DNA from: an uncultured virus (IMG/VR IMGVR_UViG_3300008262_000183)
Lineage: Duplodnaviria; Heunggongvirae; Uroviricota; Caudoviricetes
Strand: one strand, 5' to 3'
Length of the DNA: 64,000 bases
IMG/VR virus record: IMGVR_UViG_3300008262_000183
A model generated the notes under the pieces. That model did no database searches. It was not told where the DNA came from and saw nothing but the letters and a program-made list of their open reading frames with translations. Positions 7,945 through 19,718 of this stretch are shown here, piece after piece (position 1 is the stretch's first letter; each line of letters begins with the position of its first letter). A program made the translations under genes and the position numbers.

Positions 7945-10900
7945 ATGCCAAATTATTTAAATTTTGATAGCACAAAAAGTTTTAGAGATGCTTTAATATC
8001 TAAAACACTACAAGCACCTAATGGTCCTCAGACCTTTAGTAAAACTTCCTATTCAGTACAAAATCTAAACAATTTAGCCAATAAAAATAATGGTGATGTT
8101 GTTGTTAATGATAGATATGATAGAGCATCATTACTAAAAGATACATATGCAATCAATAGATTTGGTCCAGAAAGCGACAAACAATTTGTTATAATTGAAG
8201 ATGTTCAGACAGTACCAGCAATTGGTAATTTAGCATTATACCCATATTTTCAAATACAGGATGTTTTAGGTAGAAGTCTTATTGGGGCATTAAATTCAGA
8301 AAATTATGAATTTGAATCAAAATTAGCTCAGTTTTCAAATAGATATTTGAAAGATAGCCCAGACGGCCCAGTACAATCTAGAATTAGACAAAATTTACAA
8401 ACAGCAACATTAGGTAGACTAAGGGTATTAGATGCTATTAATGGAAATACTGCAACAGCAATCAATATCATCAGAGGTAAAGAAAATTTAGTTGAAAAAA
8501 ACTATAAGGTAACTGTTGCAAAATCTATTCCAGGTAAGATTGTTGATTTTGTTCAAACTGTTGCTGGAGTAGAATTTCCATTTTCTGAAATTCCTGGACA
8601 ATATTTAAGCGATCCGGCTAATCCAATAAATTATAGACCAGAACCCAAAACAGCTGTTGGAGCATTTTTACAAGATGTTACTGGTGCAATAGGTTCTTTA
8701 ATTGGTATACAAAGAAGACCAAAGAGATCTAGCAAACCATCTGACATCATGTATGAATATATGGGGTCCGGACAAAAAGATATCCTACACGATAATTTAT
8801 CATATTCAACATATAAACCAGATTATACAACAGTTGCTAGATCACAACAATCAAGTAAATTGTTTAATTTTCCAAATGCTATTGCTCAAGGAATAAAAAA
8901 TTTAGTTGGTGTAGAAGCACCAAGAGGTAATGCGTATATTGGAGATGATAGAGGTGAAAATGTTTTAAATATTTTACAAGACTTTAATGATAATAAGGTA
9001 TTAAGCCCATATTATCTTTCTTATAAATTTGATTCAGTTGCAAGTGATGTATTTTCAAATCAAAAAAATATTTCAGAAGGTGGACAAATATCTGGGAAGT
9101 TAACTTGGTATAGTAAAAATTCAAGAAATAAACTTGGAGAACATAATTTAGAATTTGAATCTGAAAGATCTAAGTTCGAAGAAAGTGTGTCAACTAGAAA
9201 TGAATTTAGACAAGATTCTATTTTAGCAAAAACACAAGAGTTATTAAACTCAATGCCATTGGATGGTGCGCTTTCAAGATCTCATGTTGGAAATGTAATT
9301 GACCAAACTAGTAGAATCTTTAAAGAAGGTAATAGTTTTATTTCAAGAGGTTCTGCAATAAAATATGTAAACAAGATAACAGGAAAAGAAGACGGTACAG
9401 AATATTGTAGAGTTTGGACAAAGGATAGGGCTTATATGAACTATTCTGACACAATGAAAAGAACTGGATTGATAAGAGGTGTTAAGGATAGCGTAATATC
9501 AACACCTTGGAATTTAAATATTGCCCCTATTTCTAATGGAGATAGAGATTTTAAAAACTCAACAAATATCGAACAAATTACCGCAGATCCATTAACTGGT
9601 AAAGCAAAAAAATATATGTTTTCTATTGAAAACCTTTCTTGGAAAACATCCAATAAGCCTGGTTTCACTGTTGAGGATTTACCAATCTGTGAAAGAGGGG
9701 CGAATGGTGGTAGAGTTATGTGGTTTCCCCCATATGATTTAAAAGTTAATGAGGTTAATACTGCAAACTGGGATTCTAATAAATTTTTAGGTAGACCAGA
9801 ACCAATATATACATACAAAGATACTGAGCGATCAGGAACAGTATCATTTAAAGTAGTTGTAGACCACCCAAGTATATTAAATCTTTTAATAAAAGATATT
9901 AGTGATGCAGAGGCTGAAAATTATTTGAATGCAATTTTTGCTGGTTGTGAAGACATAGATTTTTATACTTTAGTTAGAAAATATACAACATTAGATAGAA
10001 CAGATATTGAATTAATATTATCATATCTAGATTATTATAAAAACGGAAACACTAAAGATGTTACGGATTTAATAGCATTTAATAGAATAGCTGGTGACGT
10101 TACTGTTGAAAAAGAGGTAACTACTGAAGATACTTTACTTCCAGGAACACCAATAGACAAATATAAAGGAAAAGTATTTTTTCCAAACGATATTCCTTAT
10201 CCACAAAGTGGTTTGTATGCTGATAAAGATTATGATAAAGTTTATGAAGAATATATTGCCGGTAAAGATAATTTCTTATCTGTTTTAGATACTCAATTAA
10301 ACAATATATTAACAATTAATAACAGTGATAATGTTTTAGATAGAGAGGTGATATTTGGAGATAAAAATCCTTTATCGATTCCAGGTACAACACTATCATC
10401 TTTAAAACTAAAGAAAAGAGATGAAATTATTGCTGGATTCAATCAGTTAGAAGCAGACTTTTCTAAATTATCACAAAAGCTAGCGGAAATAAAACCGTTA
10501 ATCGAAAAAAATGAAATAGAAGATATTCAAATATACATAACATCTACAACATCTTTTGTTCATGAAGAAGATTACAATATTTTGTTATCATATAGAAGAT
10601 CCGATAGTATTGTAAAATATATAATTAAAAATTTATCTAGACTTGGTGAGTGGCCTTCTAGTGTTCCAGAAAAAAATTATTGGAAAGCAACCCCAGCACA
10701 ATTAGAAGCCGGCACAACATTAGAAAGTAAAGAAGAAAGAACAATACCATTAAAAGATCTTGGTTATGGCGATGATATAAATGGATCGGTAAAAATATAT
10801 TTTACAAATAAAGGTGAGAACGCAACAATTAATACTGAGTATGATTGTAATAAAAATATTATAAGAAATAAGGGTGGGTTAAAATTATATGCCCCAGTTA

Positions 10901-12717
10901 CCTTTTTCTGTAGAGCCGCTGAATTAGAAATACAAACTAAAACAAAGATGAGTACTTTACCTGGGACAACAATCCCTGGAAAGACAACTATTGGCCCAGA
11001 AAAAATAGAAATTGTTTCCGATAGAATTGAAAAGAATAGAAAACCACCTTTAGATATTGTTAAGAAAATAATAATGAAAACATTATCAGAATGTTTTTAT
11101 TTCAAAAAACTAGAAGAAACAGATCCAGTTGTTTTTAGTAGTTTAAAAGAAAGATTAAAATATTTTCATCCAGCATTCCATTCAACAACCCCGGAAGGTT
11201 TAAATTCTAGATTAACATTTTTACAACAATGTTTAAGACCGGGTGATACAATTCCAATTAAGGGATTGGGAACAAATTCTAGTTTAAATTTTGATGCCAG
11301 AAACACTTCATTTGGTCCACCACCTATTTGTGTTTTGAGAATTGGTGATTTTTATCATTCAAAAATTGTCATAACAAATATGAACATAAGTTTCGAAAAC
11401 TCTACTTGGGATTTTAATCCAGAGGGTATCGGAATGCAACCAATGGTAGCAGATGTTACATTACAAATTAATTTTATTGGTGGCCAAGGAATTAAAGAAC
11501 CAGTTGCTAAATTACAGAATGCATTAAGTTCTAATTTCTATGCAAATACTGAAATTTATGATTACAGAGCCGAATCAACAGTTGATCAAAAAGAGTTAAT
11601 TGAATTTAATTTAGATTTTCTTGAAAAACTATATCCAAAAGATACTCCAAATAGTCCAACTTCAGAAGTATCTCCAGACAGCCCAATAAATGGAAATTAT
11701 ATTGGAGCAATAGACGGTGGAAAATTAAATTATTCAAACAATATTAAATCATTGATAGATAATACGAATAATTATTTTAAAATTTTTGGTCAAACATATA
11801 ACGAATTACAAAAATTATTTGGCCCAGAATTATTACCATTGTTTATATCCCCAACATATAGATCGATAAATTCGGTCGATGCTCAAAATACAACAGCTGC
11901 AACACAAATATCTTTATTGGGTAGATATAAGAAAGGAAAGGATTTTATAAATCTATTTGAAAATTTTAAGAAAGGTTTTATAGATAAGGTTAATTCTTCT
12001 GACCATAATTTAATACTGGATCTAGACATGCAACCAGGATCAACAAAATATGTTAGATCTAGAAAAATTATTGACCCACTAATTTTAACGTATGTTACCG
12101 AGTTTATGGGTAAAATTGAAGAAAATAAAAATATTTCTGCTTTAGAAAATGCTAGGGATTTATTAATTGAAGATATTGATAAATTAAACTTTATCATGTT
12201 AACAAATGGAATAGATGCGAAAATAGAAACCAATACTGTTACAGCACAGTCGTTGACAAATTTTCAAAATACCGATTTCTATGAAAAATATTCAGATGCT
12301 TTTACATTGATAAGTACAAAACATGGCATTTTTACAAGTGAACTAGATTCGACATTTGATTTCACCAGTTCAAGTATTAGCGATGAAGCATATAAAAAAG
12401 TTTTATCGTTTATTTTGAATGATAAAATAGATGCCATTAAAACCGAATACACTAATTCTCCGGATGATGATCTTTTTAATGAAAATACTGTTAATAAGAT
12501 AGGTAGGAGAATAAATAAATTTATAAAAAATAATCTATCTGATTCAAAAGATAAAAATTTTAAATACAAAGAAGTTAAAATTAAAAAAGAAATTGAGCCA
12601 TACTCATTTTCTGCTGGAACATTAACGTCTGGTCAGGAAGAGGTAATAAAGAAGATACACAATACAAAAGATTTTTCTACGGAAACTAGGTTAAATTTTT
12701 CAAAAGCAACTAAATAA
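7945..12717 (+). CDS. Large baseplate hub/tube-initiator protein with an embedded OmpA-like domain
   Basis: MWFPPYDL...GRPEPIYTY..TERSG and PPICVLRIGDFY..KIVI resemble tube-initiator folds. FFPND...YNILLSYRR...KGE...CR is OmpA-C-like. Confidence 0.55.
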   Translation: MPNYLNFDSTKSFRDALISKTLQAPNGPQTFSKTSYSVQNLNNLANKNNGDVVVNDRYDRASLLKDTYAINRFGPESDKQFVIIEDVQTVPAIGNLALYPYFQIQDVLGRSLIGALNSENYEFESKLAQFSNRYLKDSPDGPVQSRIRQNLQTATLGRLRVLDAINGNTATAINIIRGKENLVEKNYKVTVAKSIPGKIVDFVQTVAGVEFPFSEIPGQYLSDPANPINYRPEPKTAVGAFLQDVTGAIGSLIGIQRRPKRSSKPSDIMYEYMGSGQKDILHDNLSYSTYKPDYTTVARSQQSSKLFNFPNAIAQGIKNLVGVEAPRGNAYIGDDRGENVLNILQDFNDNKVLSPYYLSYKFDSVASDVFSNQKNISEGGQISGKLTWYSKNSRNKLGEHNLEFESERSKFEESVSTRNEFRQDSILAKTQELLNSMPLDGALSRSHVGNVIDQTSRIFKEGNSFISRGSAIKYVNKITGKEDGTEYCRVWTKDRAYMNYSDTMKRTGLIRGVKDSVISTPWNLNIAPISNGDRDFKNSTNIEQITADPLTGKAKKYMFSIENLSWKTSNKPGFTVEDLPICERGANGGRVMWFPPYDLKVNEVNTANWDSNKFLGRPEPIYTYKDTERSGTVSFKVVVDHPSILNLLIKDISDAEAENYLNAIFAGCEDIDFYTLVRKYTTLDRTDIELILSYLDYYKNGNTKDVTDLIAFNRIAGDVTVEKEVTTEDTLLPGTPIDKYKGKVFFPNDIPYPQSGLYADKDYDKVYEEYIAGKDNFLSVLDTQLNNILTINNSDNVLDREVIFGDKNPLSIPGTTLSSLKLKKRDEIIAGFNQLEADFSKLSQKLAEIKPLIEKNEIEDIQIYITSTTSFVHEEDYNILLSYRRSDSIVKYIIKNLSRLGEWPSSVPEKNYWKATPAQLEAGTTLESKEERTIPLKDLGYGDDINGSVKIYFTNKGENATINTEYDCNKNIIRNKGGLKLYAPVTFFCRAAELEIQTKTKMSTLPGTTIPGKTTIGPEKIEIVSDRIEKNRKPPLDIVKKIIMKTLSECFYFKKLEETDPVVFSSLKERLKYFHPAFHSTTPEGLNSRLTFLQQCLRPGDTIPIKGLGTNSSLNFDARNTSFGPPPICVLRIGDFYHSKIVITNMNISFENSTWDFNPEGIGMQPMVADVTLQINFIGGQGIKEPVAKLQNALSSNFYANTEIYDYRAESTVDQKELIEFNLDFLEKLYPKDTPNSPTSEVSPDSPINGNYIGAIDGGKLNYSNNIKSLIDNTNNYFKIFGQTYNELQKLFGPELLPLFISPTYRSINSVDAQNTTAATQISLLGRYKKGKDFINLFENFKKGFIDKVNSSDHNLILDLDMQPGSTKYVRSRKIIDPLILTYVTEFMGKIEENKNISALENARDLLIEDIDKLNFIMLTNGIDAKIETNTVTAQSLTNFQNTDFYEKYSDAFTLISTKHGIFTSELDSTFDFTSSSISDEAYKKVLSFILNDKIDAIKTEYTNSPDDDLFNENTVNKIGRRINKFIKNNLSDSKDKNFKYKEVKIKKEIEPYSFSAGTLTSGQEEVIKKIHNTKDFSTETRLNFSKATK

Positions 12718-13037
12718 TGAATCAATATTTTAATAGATACGAGTATTTTAACGTCGATGGGGAACATCAGATTGTTCCTGGTATTGAAATACCTTTAAAA
12801 GGTACTGATAAATTTACTCAGTATAAAAGAGGTAAGCACAGGATGGATAAACTATCTCAGGAATATTATGGAACACCATTATTTGGTTGGCTTATAATGC
12901 AAGCTAATCCAAAATTAGGTTCATTAGAATTTGAAATACCAGACAATTCTATTGTTAGAATACCATATCCGTTGATTAATACTTTACAAGATTATAAAAA
13001 GAACGTAGAATTGTATAAGCTATACTATGGCGAATGA
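12717..13037 (+). CDS. LysM-like baseplate wedge protein (gp53/tail X-like)
   Basis: RMDKLSQEYYGTPLFGWLIMQANP...IPDNSIVRIP. Confidence 0.7.
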   Translation: MNQYFNRYEYFNVDGEHQIVPGIEIPLKGTDKFTQYKRGKHRMDKLSQEYYGTPLFGWLIMQANPKLGSLEFEIPDNSIVRIPYPLINTLQDYKKNVELYKLYYGE

Positions 13038-16000
13038 TAAAATAAATCAGAGTGAGAACATATTAGTAACAGTTGATCAACAAAACATTATACATATTGA
13101 CCCAAATAGTATAGTTGATAGTAATGGACAAATACAATCAAGACTTGTTGATCATGAAAATCTAGTTATGTATGTTAACTTGGAAGCAGATTTGGTTCCA
13201 AGAACGACTTTCTATGCCGATGGGCAACAAAGCACACTTTTAAGTATAGCTGAAGGTTCATTTAATTTACTAAGAAATCAAGGGGATAAAAACGAATTTG
13301 AAAATAACCTAGACACTAATTGGACTGAAACTTTTGTTTCTAGAAAAAATGTTGGGCTAAATAGAACAACGGGCGGCGAAGCGGTTTACGATCCAACCGC
13401 ACAAACTTTTGGTATACAGAATATAACAATCATAACAAAAGGTGTTAACAATATCCCTCAAATAACAATAAACTTTTTAGATGTAAGAGGAAAGACATTA
13501 TTTGAAGCACCAGCAAATTCACCATATAGCGCTTTTTTTCATCAGCCGTGGCCAATATTTTATTTAACAGTAAAGGGTTATTATGGTAAAGCTATTCGAT
13601 ATAGAATACAAATGGTTGATTTTAAATCTAAGTTTAATGGGTCAACCGGAAATTTTGAAATTATTGCAAAGTTTGTTGGTTCTTCATACGCATTTCTAAA
13701 TGATATACTTTTTCAAAATGCCGTTAATGCACCATTCATGTATATGGTTGAAAAACAAGATGAACCATATAGAGTTAATGAAAAAACTGGACTTATTGAA
13801 AAGAAAATATCCAAAACAACAAAAGGATTTTCAATATTAAAATCAATTTATTCAGATTACAAAGCAAAGGGTTATATTCCCCAAGATTTTCCAGATAAAA
13901 CGCTAAGGGATTTAATTATGACTGCAAAATCCCTAGATAAAATAATTGAGGCACAACTATTTTCAGAAACTGTCGACCCAACCGTATTAACACACGTTGC
14001 GGAATTTGATGCGCTATTAGATAGTTTTGAAAGAAGCATTGTTTCTTGGAGTAATAGAAATTTAAATTCAACTGAGAACGAGGTAAAAACCGAAACTATC
14101 ACTAATAGTGATGGAACTCAAACAGTTTACAAATATTATAGATTAATAAAAGCATTAAATGACCAAACAAAACTTACTAATGGGCCTATAAGCTCAGATA
14201 TAATCACAAATGGTGAAAATAAAAAGTCGTTACAATACCTAATAAATTTCTTTATAGCTAATTCTGAAAAAAATACTGCATTTGGAAAAAAATCATCGGA
14301 AAGAGCAAAAAAAAGTAATGGTGAAGATTTTACAATAACAACTACACCAATTTCAATTGATCGAATTAGAAACATAGGTGATTTTTATACACTTGAAAAT
14401 GGTACATATGGTGTTGCTATTGAAAAATTAGTTAATGAAATTAAAGCAATACAAGCAACTTTCATTACTAGTAGAAATTCAGTTGAACTTAAAATTGAAG
14501 AAGAGATGAACAAAGTTATCCAAAATCCAAATATGGGTGGCTTTGGGTTCAAACCAACTATTAGAAATATTTTTGCGGTTATATTAGCAAATGCTGACAC
14601 CTATATCAGATTGATGAAAGATGTTCATCAAAAAGCCATACAAAAATCTAATGAAAGAAAAGGTAATTTAGTAAAACCAACAGATAAGAATAAAGATGAA
14701 TATTTTTATCCTTGGCCAGAAATATTGAAAAAGGATGATAGTGAGCGAGACGTATCTTTTTACCCAGCTGATCCAGCAATTGTTAGTGATACAAAAGGAA
14801 ATGATTTTAGTTTATGGCCGGAAGTGGAATTTATTGAAACATATAATAGTGTTGCAACAAAAAGAGTTGATCCATTAACAGGTACAGAAATTGATTCATC
14901 TGATTTATCATTCATTTTTGATAATGACCAAGAAAGAAGAAACGTTAAAAAAATAAGCACACTATTTGAAATAGATCGTGTTATCCCATATACAGATAAA
15001 TCTATAATAAATGTATTGTATGAAATATATGAAAGAGCATTTTATGTTACATCGTACAATAATTTTCAATATGGTAAAGGTTTAGAAGAGATTGTTAACG
15101 CAGAATTTGAAACATTAAAAAGTTCATTAGAAAATGATATTGATATAAAAGATTTAATAAAAAATCAAGTTAAGACCGTAAACGGAGAAACAAATAGTCT
15201 TTTATATACCTTAAGAACAAAAGAAAGGTTTCCATTTTTTCAAAACAAACTTTCGACCGTTGAATATATAAAAGAATTAGTTGACCAAGATTTTGAAATT
15301 ATTGATTATACAGCTTCAAATAATAACACAGCCACTAGCACCGAGCACCCAAATTTACAAGCAGCAATAAATGACTATTCAATAGAAGAATATAGATTAT
15401 ATGAATTTCCTTTTGGATCTGATTTATATAAACAATATTTAAAAAAATCTTTATCTGCTAGTGACTATAAATTTAAGAATGTATTTTCTATAAATGTTAA
15501 TGACAGTTTTATTAGTTCACCAGTTAAACCAGAAGCTTGGTTACAATTAGGATTTGATCAAAATATTTTTTCAAATAAAATAAAATTAACTGCAATAAAC
15601 AGTAGTGGAGATTCGGTTGATTTTTATGAAAATTTATTAAATACTCCATATTTCCATAAACAGTTATATAATGACTTTTTAAAAGGTGGCGTTGCAAACA
15701 GGTATGTTGGATCGGCTTATCTTTTATTAAATTCATTACCATACAAAGACTTAGATGATGAAATAGATTTTAACGGAAACAAAGTATTGATATCTTCTTT
15801 ATTTAAAGAAATATCTGCGACACATTTCGTTCCATATCACCTATTATTAAAGTGGGGTTCACAATACCATAGATATAAAAGATATTTAAAAGACGGGGTT
15901 GATATTATCAGCGGCGCAACAACTTCTATTAGTGGTAGTACTTTTTTTGACAATGCAACAAATGTAACATTTAATTTATCTGGAATAACTGCGCCAATGA

Positions 16001-18828
16001 CAGCGGTTACCTATAATTCAAATCAATATATTGGTCTGTATCCATACTATTTTGGAATTTTTCATCAAATAACAAATGGATATAGTTTTTATAATCCATC
16101 TGGATTTACTGAAGTATCCGCTTCTACAACAAACGTAACTCAATTATATGCCGATACGGTTACAAGTGGAATAACAAAATATTCAGTAAACAAAACATCT
16201 GGCGGCCCAGGTTATTCATTAACCAGCTTTGTTGATAATAGTATATTTTCTGTAAACGATACTAGATACACTGTTTTACCTTCATCACAAATTTTTAGTG
16301 ATGTTAAAAACTTAACAACAAACTTTAGTTATTTTGAACAAGATTCATTTAAAATTATTTTAAATAATCCTGGTGTGTATGATACATTAACACCTTATAA
16401 CACCTTCACCATGCCAGCTTATGGTGAAACATTTAAAAATGTGGATGGGGTATATTCGTTAATCGGGGAACAAAGAAAGTTTGTTGATCTGATCGCAACA
16501 TTTAGCCCAGCATTATTAGATAAAATGGAAGAAATGTTTTTAGTGTTTTCTTCATTAAATCTACAAATAGATACGAAGAATACAGTTCAAGATTACAAAA
16601 CTTTTCAAGGTTTATTAAAAGCAGTATGTTCAATTTCAAAAGAAAATATTGATTTTTCAAATGATAATCATAAGCTTAATATAATTCAAAACCAAGAAAA
16701 AAATCTAGAACAAATAACTAAAAATTTATTAAGTAATGAAAATCTAAAAGTGTTAAGATTAGGTAATCCAAAACAAATAGATGATTATACATTATTTGGA
16801 TTTATTGGTGATAGTCAAAATTATAGCCTTGGTTCATACAACGCATCACAATTAACTGCGAGCAACCTAAACTTAATAAAGCTATATATTGGTGAGGAAG
16901 CCTATACCGGCACAACACCAACAACATATTATAGGGATTTCTTTTCTTTGGCAGACATAGAAATTAATGAAGAAAACATTATTAACCATAGAGAATTAGC
17001 AAGAATTTATGCTGGATGGGCGAAAAGACAAACAACAGCAATAACAAAAACTACTTTTGTTAATTATATTAAAACACAAATTACTGAACCAGAAAAAACA
17101 CGTTTATTTAATTACCTATCTAACCTTATTGTGAAATTACAATCAAAAGATTTTCAGGTCAACAATGATCAAAATAATAAAATCACAATTTATCATGGAT
17201 TCAATGAAGCCAAGACAACAAAATTAGATTTATATCAGTTTTTTAAATCTTTTAACGATAAATGGATTTCTGGTAATGCGATTGGACAAAGACACCTTAT
17301 GGACGAGTTTTTGTTTTTAGATAAAGCAAACAGAGATATTGGTGACGATGCGTACATCTCACTAGAAAGATTAATTTCTCTTAGTGATGAAAAAAACATT
17401 AAAGTAGACTTATATTCAGCTGTATCAATTTTAATACAGGGTACTAATTTTGATATGAGACCACTTCCGGCATACATCAATTTTTATGGAACAAACTCTT
17501 CAAACAAATCTAGAATAACTCCATCAAAAAATTTAGCAAAAAATTTATTTGGTACCCATCTCGATGTTGATTATCAAGATGCAACACCAAAGATTATCCT
17601 ACAGTATGTTAACGGTACATCTAAGTATTTGGACATGCAAAGGGTAAATAAAAAATTTAAATTTAAAAATGATGGATTTGATATTAAAGATACAACAAGA
17701 AATCCACTATTAGTAGAACCAAAGATTTTTATGGATGCAGATCTATCTAAATCAAATAGAGTGGTTTCATTTGAAATTAATTTTGGTGATTATAGTCAAG
17801 GTATTTTTAAAGAAATATCTTTAGATCAAAGCACGTATAAAAATACTACAGAAAGTGCTTTAGCACAAGAAAGATTAGCCAGATCACAGGGTGGTGGTGG
17901 AACCCACCAGGTAGATATTGGATTATTTGATATCTACAAAACTGCATCTTATCAGTGTACCGTTAAGATGATGGGTAATGTAATGATACAACCAACCATG
18001 TATTTTTATTTGGCAAACGTACCTATGTTTGAAGGAACCTATCTTGTTTTTGATGTTACCCATAGCATATCTGACAACACTATTGAAACAACACTGACTG
18101 GTGTCAGACTTTCAAACAGTAGTCTACCAAACCTAGAAAATTCTTTCATGGCTAGTTATAGACCTCTATTTAGTAAGTTGCTATCATCAGCAATAAGAAA
18201 AAAACAACAAATAGATAGTCAACAAACAACAGAAAAAACAATAACATTACCAAATAGTGAAAGCGCCAATATTAATCCAGGTAATGAGTTGGCTGGCGAA
18301 GATTTATACAAAAAATTAGTTTATACATCTGGTTTTTATCAAGAAATGATCCCATATAATGGAGCAAAATATAATGGTAAAGAAGAGAAATATGTTCAAT
18401 TGATAGATCTTGGTGGAAACAATAATCAATGGTTAAGAGCTAGAGTTGTTAGAATGGGTGGTACAAATAATCCAATTGATGACAAAGTTGCTATGGACCT
18501 TATTTCTGGGCTTAGCTCTACGGAAAACATAATCAAAAAATGGGAAAATATTAAAAACTCGTTAGGAGAATACTATTCAGTTAGATTAAACGGAAGTCAA
18601 GCAAATAAAGAAAAATTATTAAACTATAAAACTGAGTTTTTAAATCCTAGAACGAATGCAAAATATACACTTGTATCGACAAGAGATGCAACAACAAATC
18701 TATATAATGGACCTGTACTTAACGGCCCAGACCAAAGTATTGGTAATTATGGAATAGGTATGAACTCAATGTTGATGAGAAAATTAAAGGTAAACGAAGG
18801 GGATGTCGTTTATTTTAGACTTATTTAG
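13027..18828 (+). CDS. Large baseplate hub protein
   Basis: C-terminal YQCTVKMMGNVMIQPTMYFYL.NVPMFEGTYLVFDVTHSI resembles gp27/late-control-D hub folds. The position fits. Confidence 0.55.
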   Translation: MANDKINQSENILVTVDQQNIIHIDPNSIVDSNGQIQSRLVDHENLVMYVNLEADLVPRTTFYADGQQSTLLSIAEGSFNLLRNQGDKNEFENNLDTNWTETFVSRKNVGLNRTTGGEAVYDPTAQTFGIQNITIITKGVNNIPQITINFLDVRGKTLFEAPANSPYSAFFHQPWPIFYLTVKGYYGKAIRYRIQMVDFKSKFNGSTGNFEIIAKFVGSSYAFLNDILFQNAVNAPFMYMVEKQDEPYRVNEKTGLIEKKISKTTKGFSILKSIYSDYKAKGYIPQDFPDKTLRDLIMTAKSLDKIIEAQLFSETVDPTVLTHVAEFDALLDSFERSIVSWSNRNLNSTENEVKTETITNSDGTQTVYKYYRLIKALNDQTKLTNGPISSDIITNGENKKSLQYLINFFIANSEKNTAFGKKSSERAKKSNGEDFTITTTPISIDRIRNIGDFYTLENGTYGVAIEKLVNEIKAIQATFITSRNSVELKIEEEMNKVIQNPNMGGFGFKPTIRNIFAVILANADTYIRLMKDVHQKAIQKSNERKGNLVKPTDKNKDEYFYPWPEILKKDDSERDVSFYPADPAIVSDTKGNDFSLWPEVEFIETYNSVATKRVDPLTGTEIDSSDLSFIFDNDQERRNVKKISTLFEIDRVIPYTDKSIINVLYEIYERAFYVTSYNNFQYGKGLEEIVNAEFETLKSSLENDIDIKDLIKNQVKTVNGETNSLLYTLRTKERFPFFQNKLSTVEYIKELVDQDFEIIDYTASNNNTATSTEHPNLQAAINDYSIEEYRLYEFPFGSDLYKQYLKKSLSASDYKFKNVFSINVNDSFISSPVKPEAWLQLGFDQNIFSNKIKLTAINSSGDSVDFYENLLNTPYFHKQLYNDFLKGGVANRYVGSAYLLLNSLPYKDLDDEIDFNGNKVLISSLFKEISATHFVPYHLLLKWGSQYHRYKRYLKDGVDIISGATTSISGSTFFDNATNVTFNLSGITAPMTAVTYNSNQYIGLYPYYFGIFHQITNGYSFYNPSGFTEVSASTTNVTQLYADTVTSGITKYSVNKTSGGPGYSLTSFVDNSIFSVNDTRYTVLPSSQIFSDVKNLTTNFSYFEQDSFKIILNNPGVYDTLTPYNTFTMPAYGETFKNVDGVYSLIGEQRKFVDLIATFSPALLDKMEEMFLVFSSLNLQIDTKNTVQDYKTFQGLLKAVCSISKENIDFSNDNHKLNIIQNQEKNLEQITKNLLSNENLKVLRLGNPKQIDDYTLFGFIGDSQNYSLGSYNASQLTASNLNLIKLYIGEEAYTGTTPTTYYRDFFSLADIEINEENIINHRELARIYAGWAKRQTTAITKTTFVNYIKTQITEPEKTRLFNYLSNLIVKLQSKDFQVNNDQNNKITIYHGFNEAKTTKLDLYQFFKSFNDKWISGNAIGQRHLMDEFLFLDKANRDIGDDAYISLERLISLSDEKNIKVDLYSAVSILIQGTNFDMRPLPAYINFYGTNSSNKSRITPSKNLAKNLFGTHLDVDYQDATPKIILQYVNGTSKYLDMQRVNKKFKFKNDGFDIKDTTRNPLLVEPKIFMDADLSKSNRVVSFEINFGDYSQGIFKEISLDQSTYKNTTESALAQERLARSQGGGGTHQVDIGLFDIYKTASYQCTVKMMGNVMIQPTMYFYLANVPMFEGTYLVFDVTHSISDNTIETTLTGVRLSNSSLPNLENSFMASYRPLFSKLLSSAIRKKQQIDSQQTTEKTITLPNSESANINPGNELAGEDLYKKLVYTSGFYQEMIPYNGAKYNGKEEKYVQLIDLGGNNNQWLRARVVRMGGTNNPIDDKVAMDLISGLSSTENIIKKWENIKNSLGEYYSVRLNGSQANKEKLLNYKTEFLNPRTNAKYTLVSTRDATTNLYNGPVLNGPDQSIGNYGIGMNSMLMRKLKVNEGDVVYFRLI

Positions 18829-18874
18829 TAAAATACTCATTTTTATAATATTTATAGTAATAATATTTAAAATT

Positions 18875-19072
18875 ATGGAAAAAATTAATAAATCATTAGA
18901 CCAGTTTTTAGCCCCTAAAGCTTCAAAGCCGGTTGCTAATAGTGCGATTGAAAGAGAAGAGTGTGATCTACAAACTGGGGAATGTTATATTATCAGATCC
19001 AAAGATGGTATTGTAGAAAGAATTAATAAAAAATATATTACCGAAGACGGTAGACAATTATTACAAGACTAA
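18875..19072 (+). CDS. Hypothetical protein (65 aa)
   Basis: ATG at 18875 follows a TATTTAT motif. Contains EECDLQTGEC. Confidence 0.65.
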   Translation: MEKINKSLDQFLAPKASKPVANSAIEREECDLQTGECYIIRSKDGIVERINKKYITEDGRQLLQD

Positions 19073-19076
19073 AACT

Positions 19077-19718
19077 ATGTTAGAACAAAAATTATTAGAA
19101 GAGATAAATAGATTTAAGTCTATTAACAGAAACGCCAGCAATCATTATTTAATTAATGAACAAGACGCGAGCCCATTACCACCACCTCCAGCTGACGCAC
19201 CTATGGATGCTCCAGCAGCGGATGCTGGTGCCGCTTCACCTGAAATGGCCCCTCCACCACCTATGATGGACGAGCCAGCGGAAAGCACTGAGGAAGTTGA
19301 TGTTACTGATTTGGTTAATATGACCAAAAATATCAAAAATGAACTTGAAATGTCTAAAAACGAGAACGACAACGTTTTAAGAAAAATGGATGACGTTTTT
19401 TCTAAATTAGATGATTTGGAAATGAAACTTGGTAACATGGACGCTGTTCTTGATAAAATTGAACAACTTGGTTCTAAGGTTGAACAGATGAAACCAGCAA
19501 CCCCACAAGAAAAATTAGAAATGCGTTCGTTGGATTCGTATCCGTTTAACCAAAAACCTCAAGAATTTTTTGCAAACAAGCAAGATGAAATGAGAGCTAG
19601 CGGTAAAAATGAGTATGTTTTAACAAAAAGTGACGTAGAGAACTATTCTAAAGAAGAATTAGCAAAAACATTTAATCCTTATAGTAACGATGAACAAGAA
19701 TCTAGATTCCAATATTAA
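19077..19718 (+). CDS. Pro/acidic-rich coiled-coil protein, possibly a head-internal or scaffold protein
   Basis: PPPPADAP linker, a heptad segment and LLEE/LINE motifs. Confidence 0.5.
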   Translation: MLEQKLLEEINRFKSINRNASNHYLINEQDASPLPPPPADAPMDAPAADAGAASPEMAPPPPMMDEPAESTEEVDVTDLVNMTKNIKNELEMSKNENDNVLRKMDDVFSKLDDLEMKLGNMDAVLDKIEQLGSKVEQMKPATPQEKLEMRSLDSYPFNQKPQEFFANKQDEMRASGKNEYVLTKSDVENYSKEELAKTFNPYSNDEQESRFQY

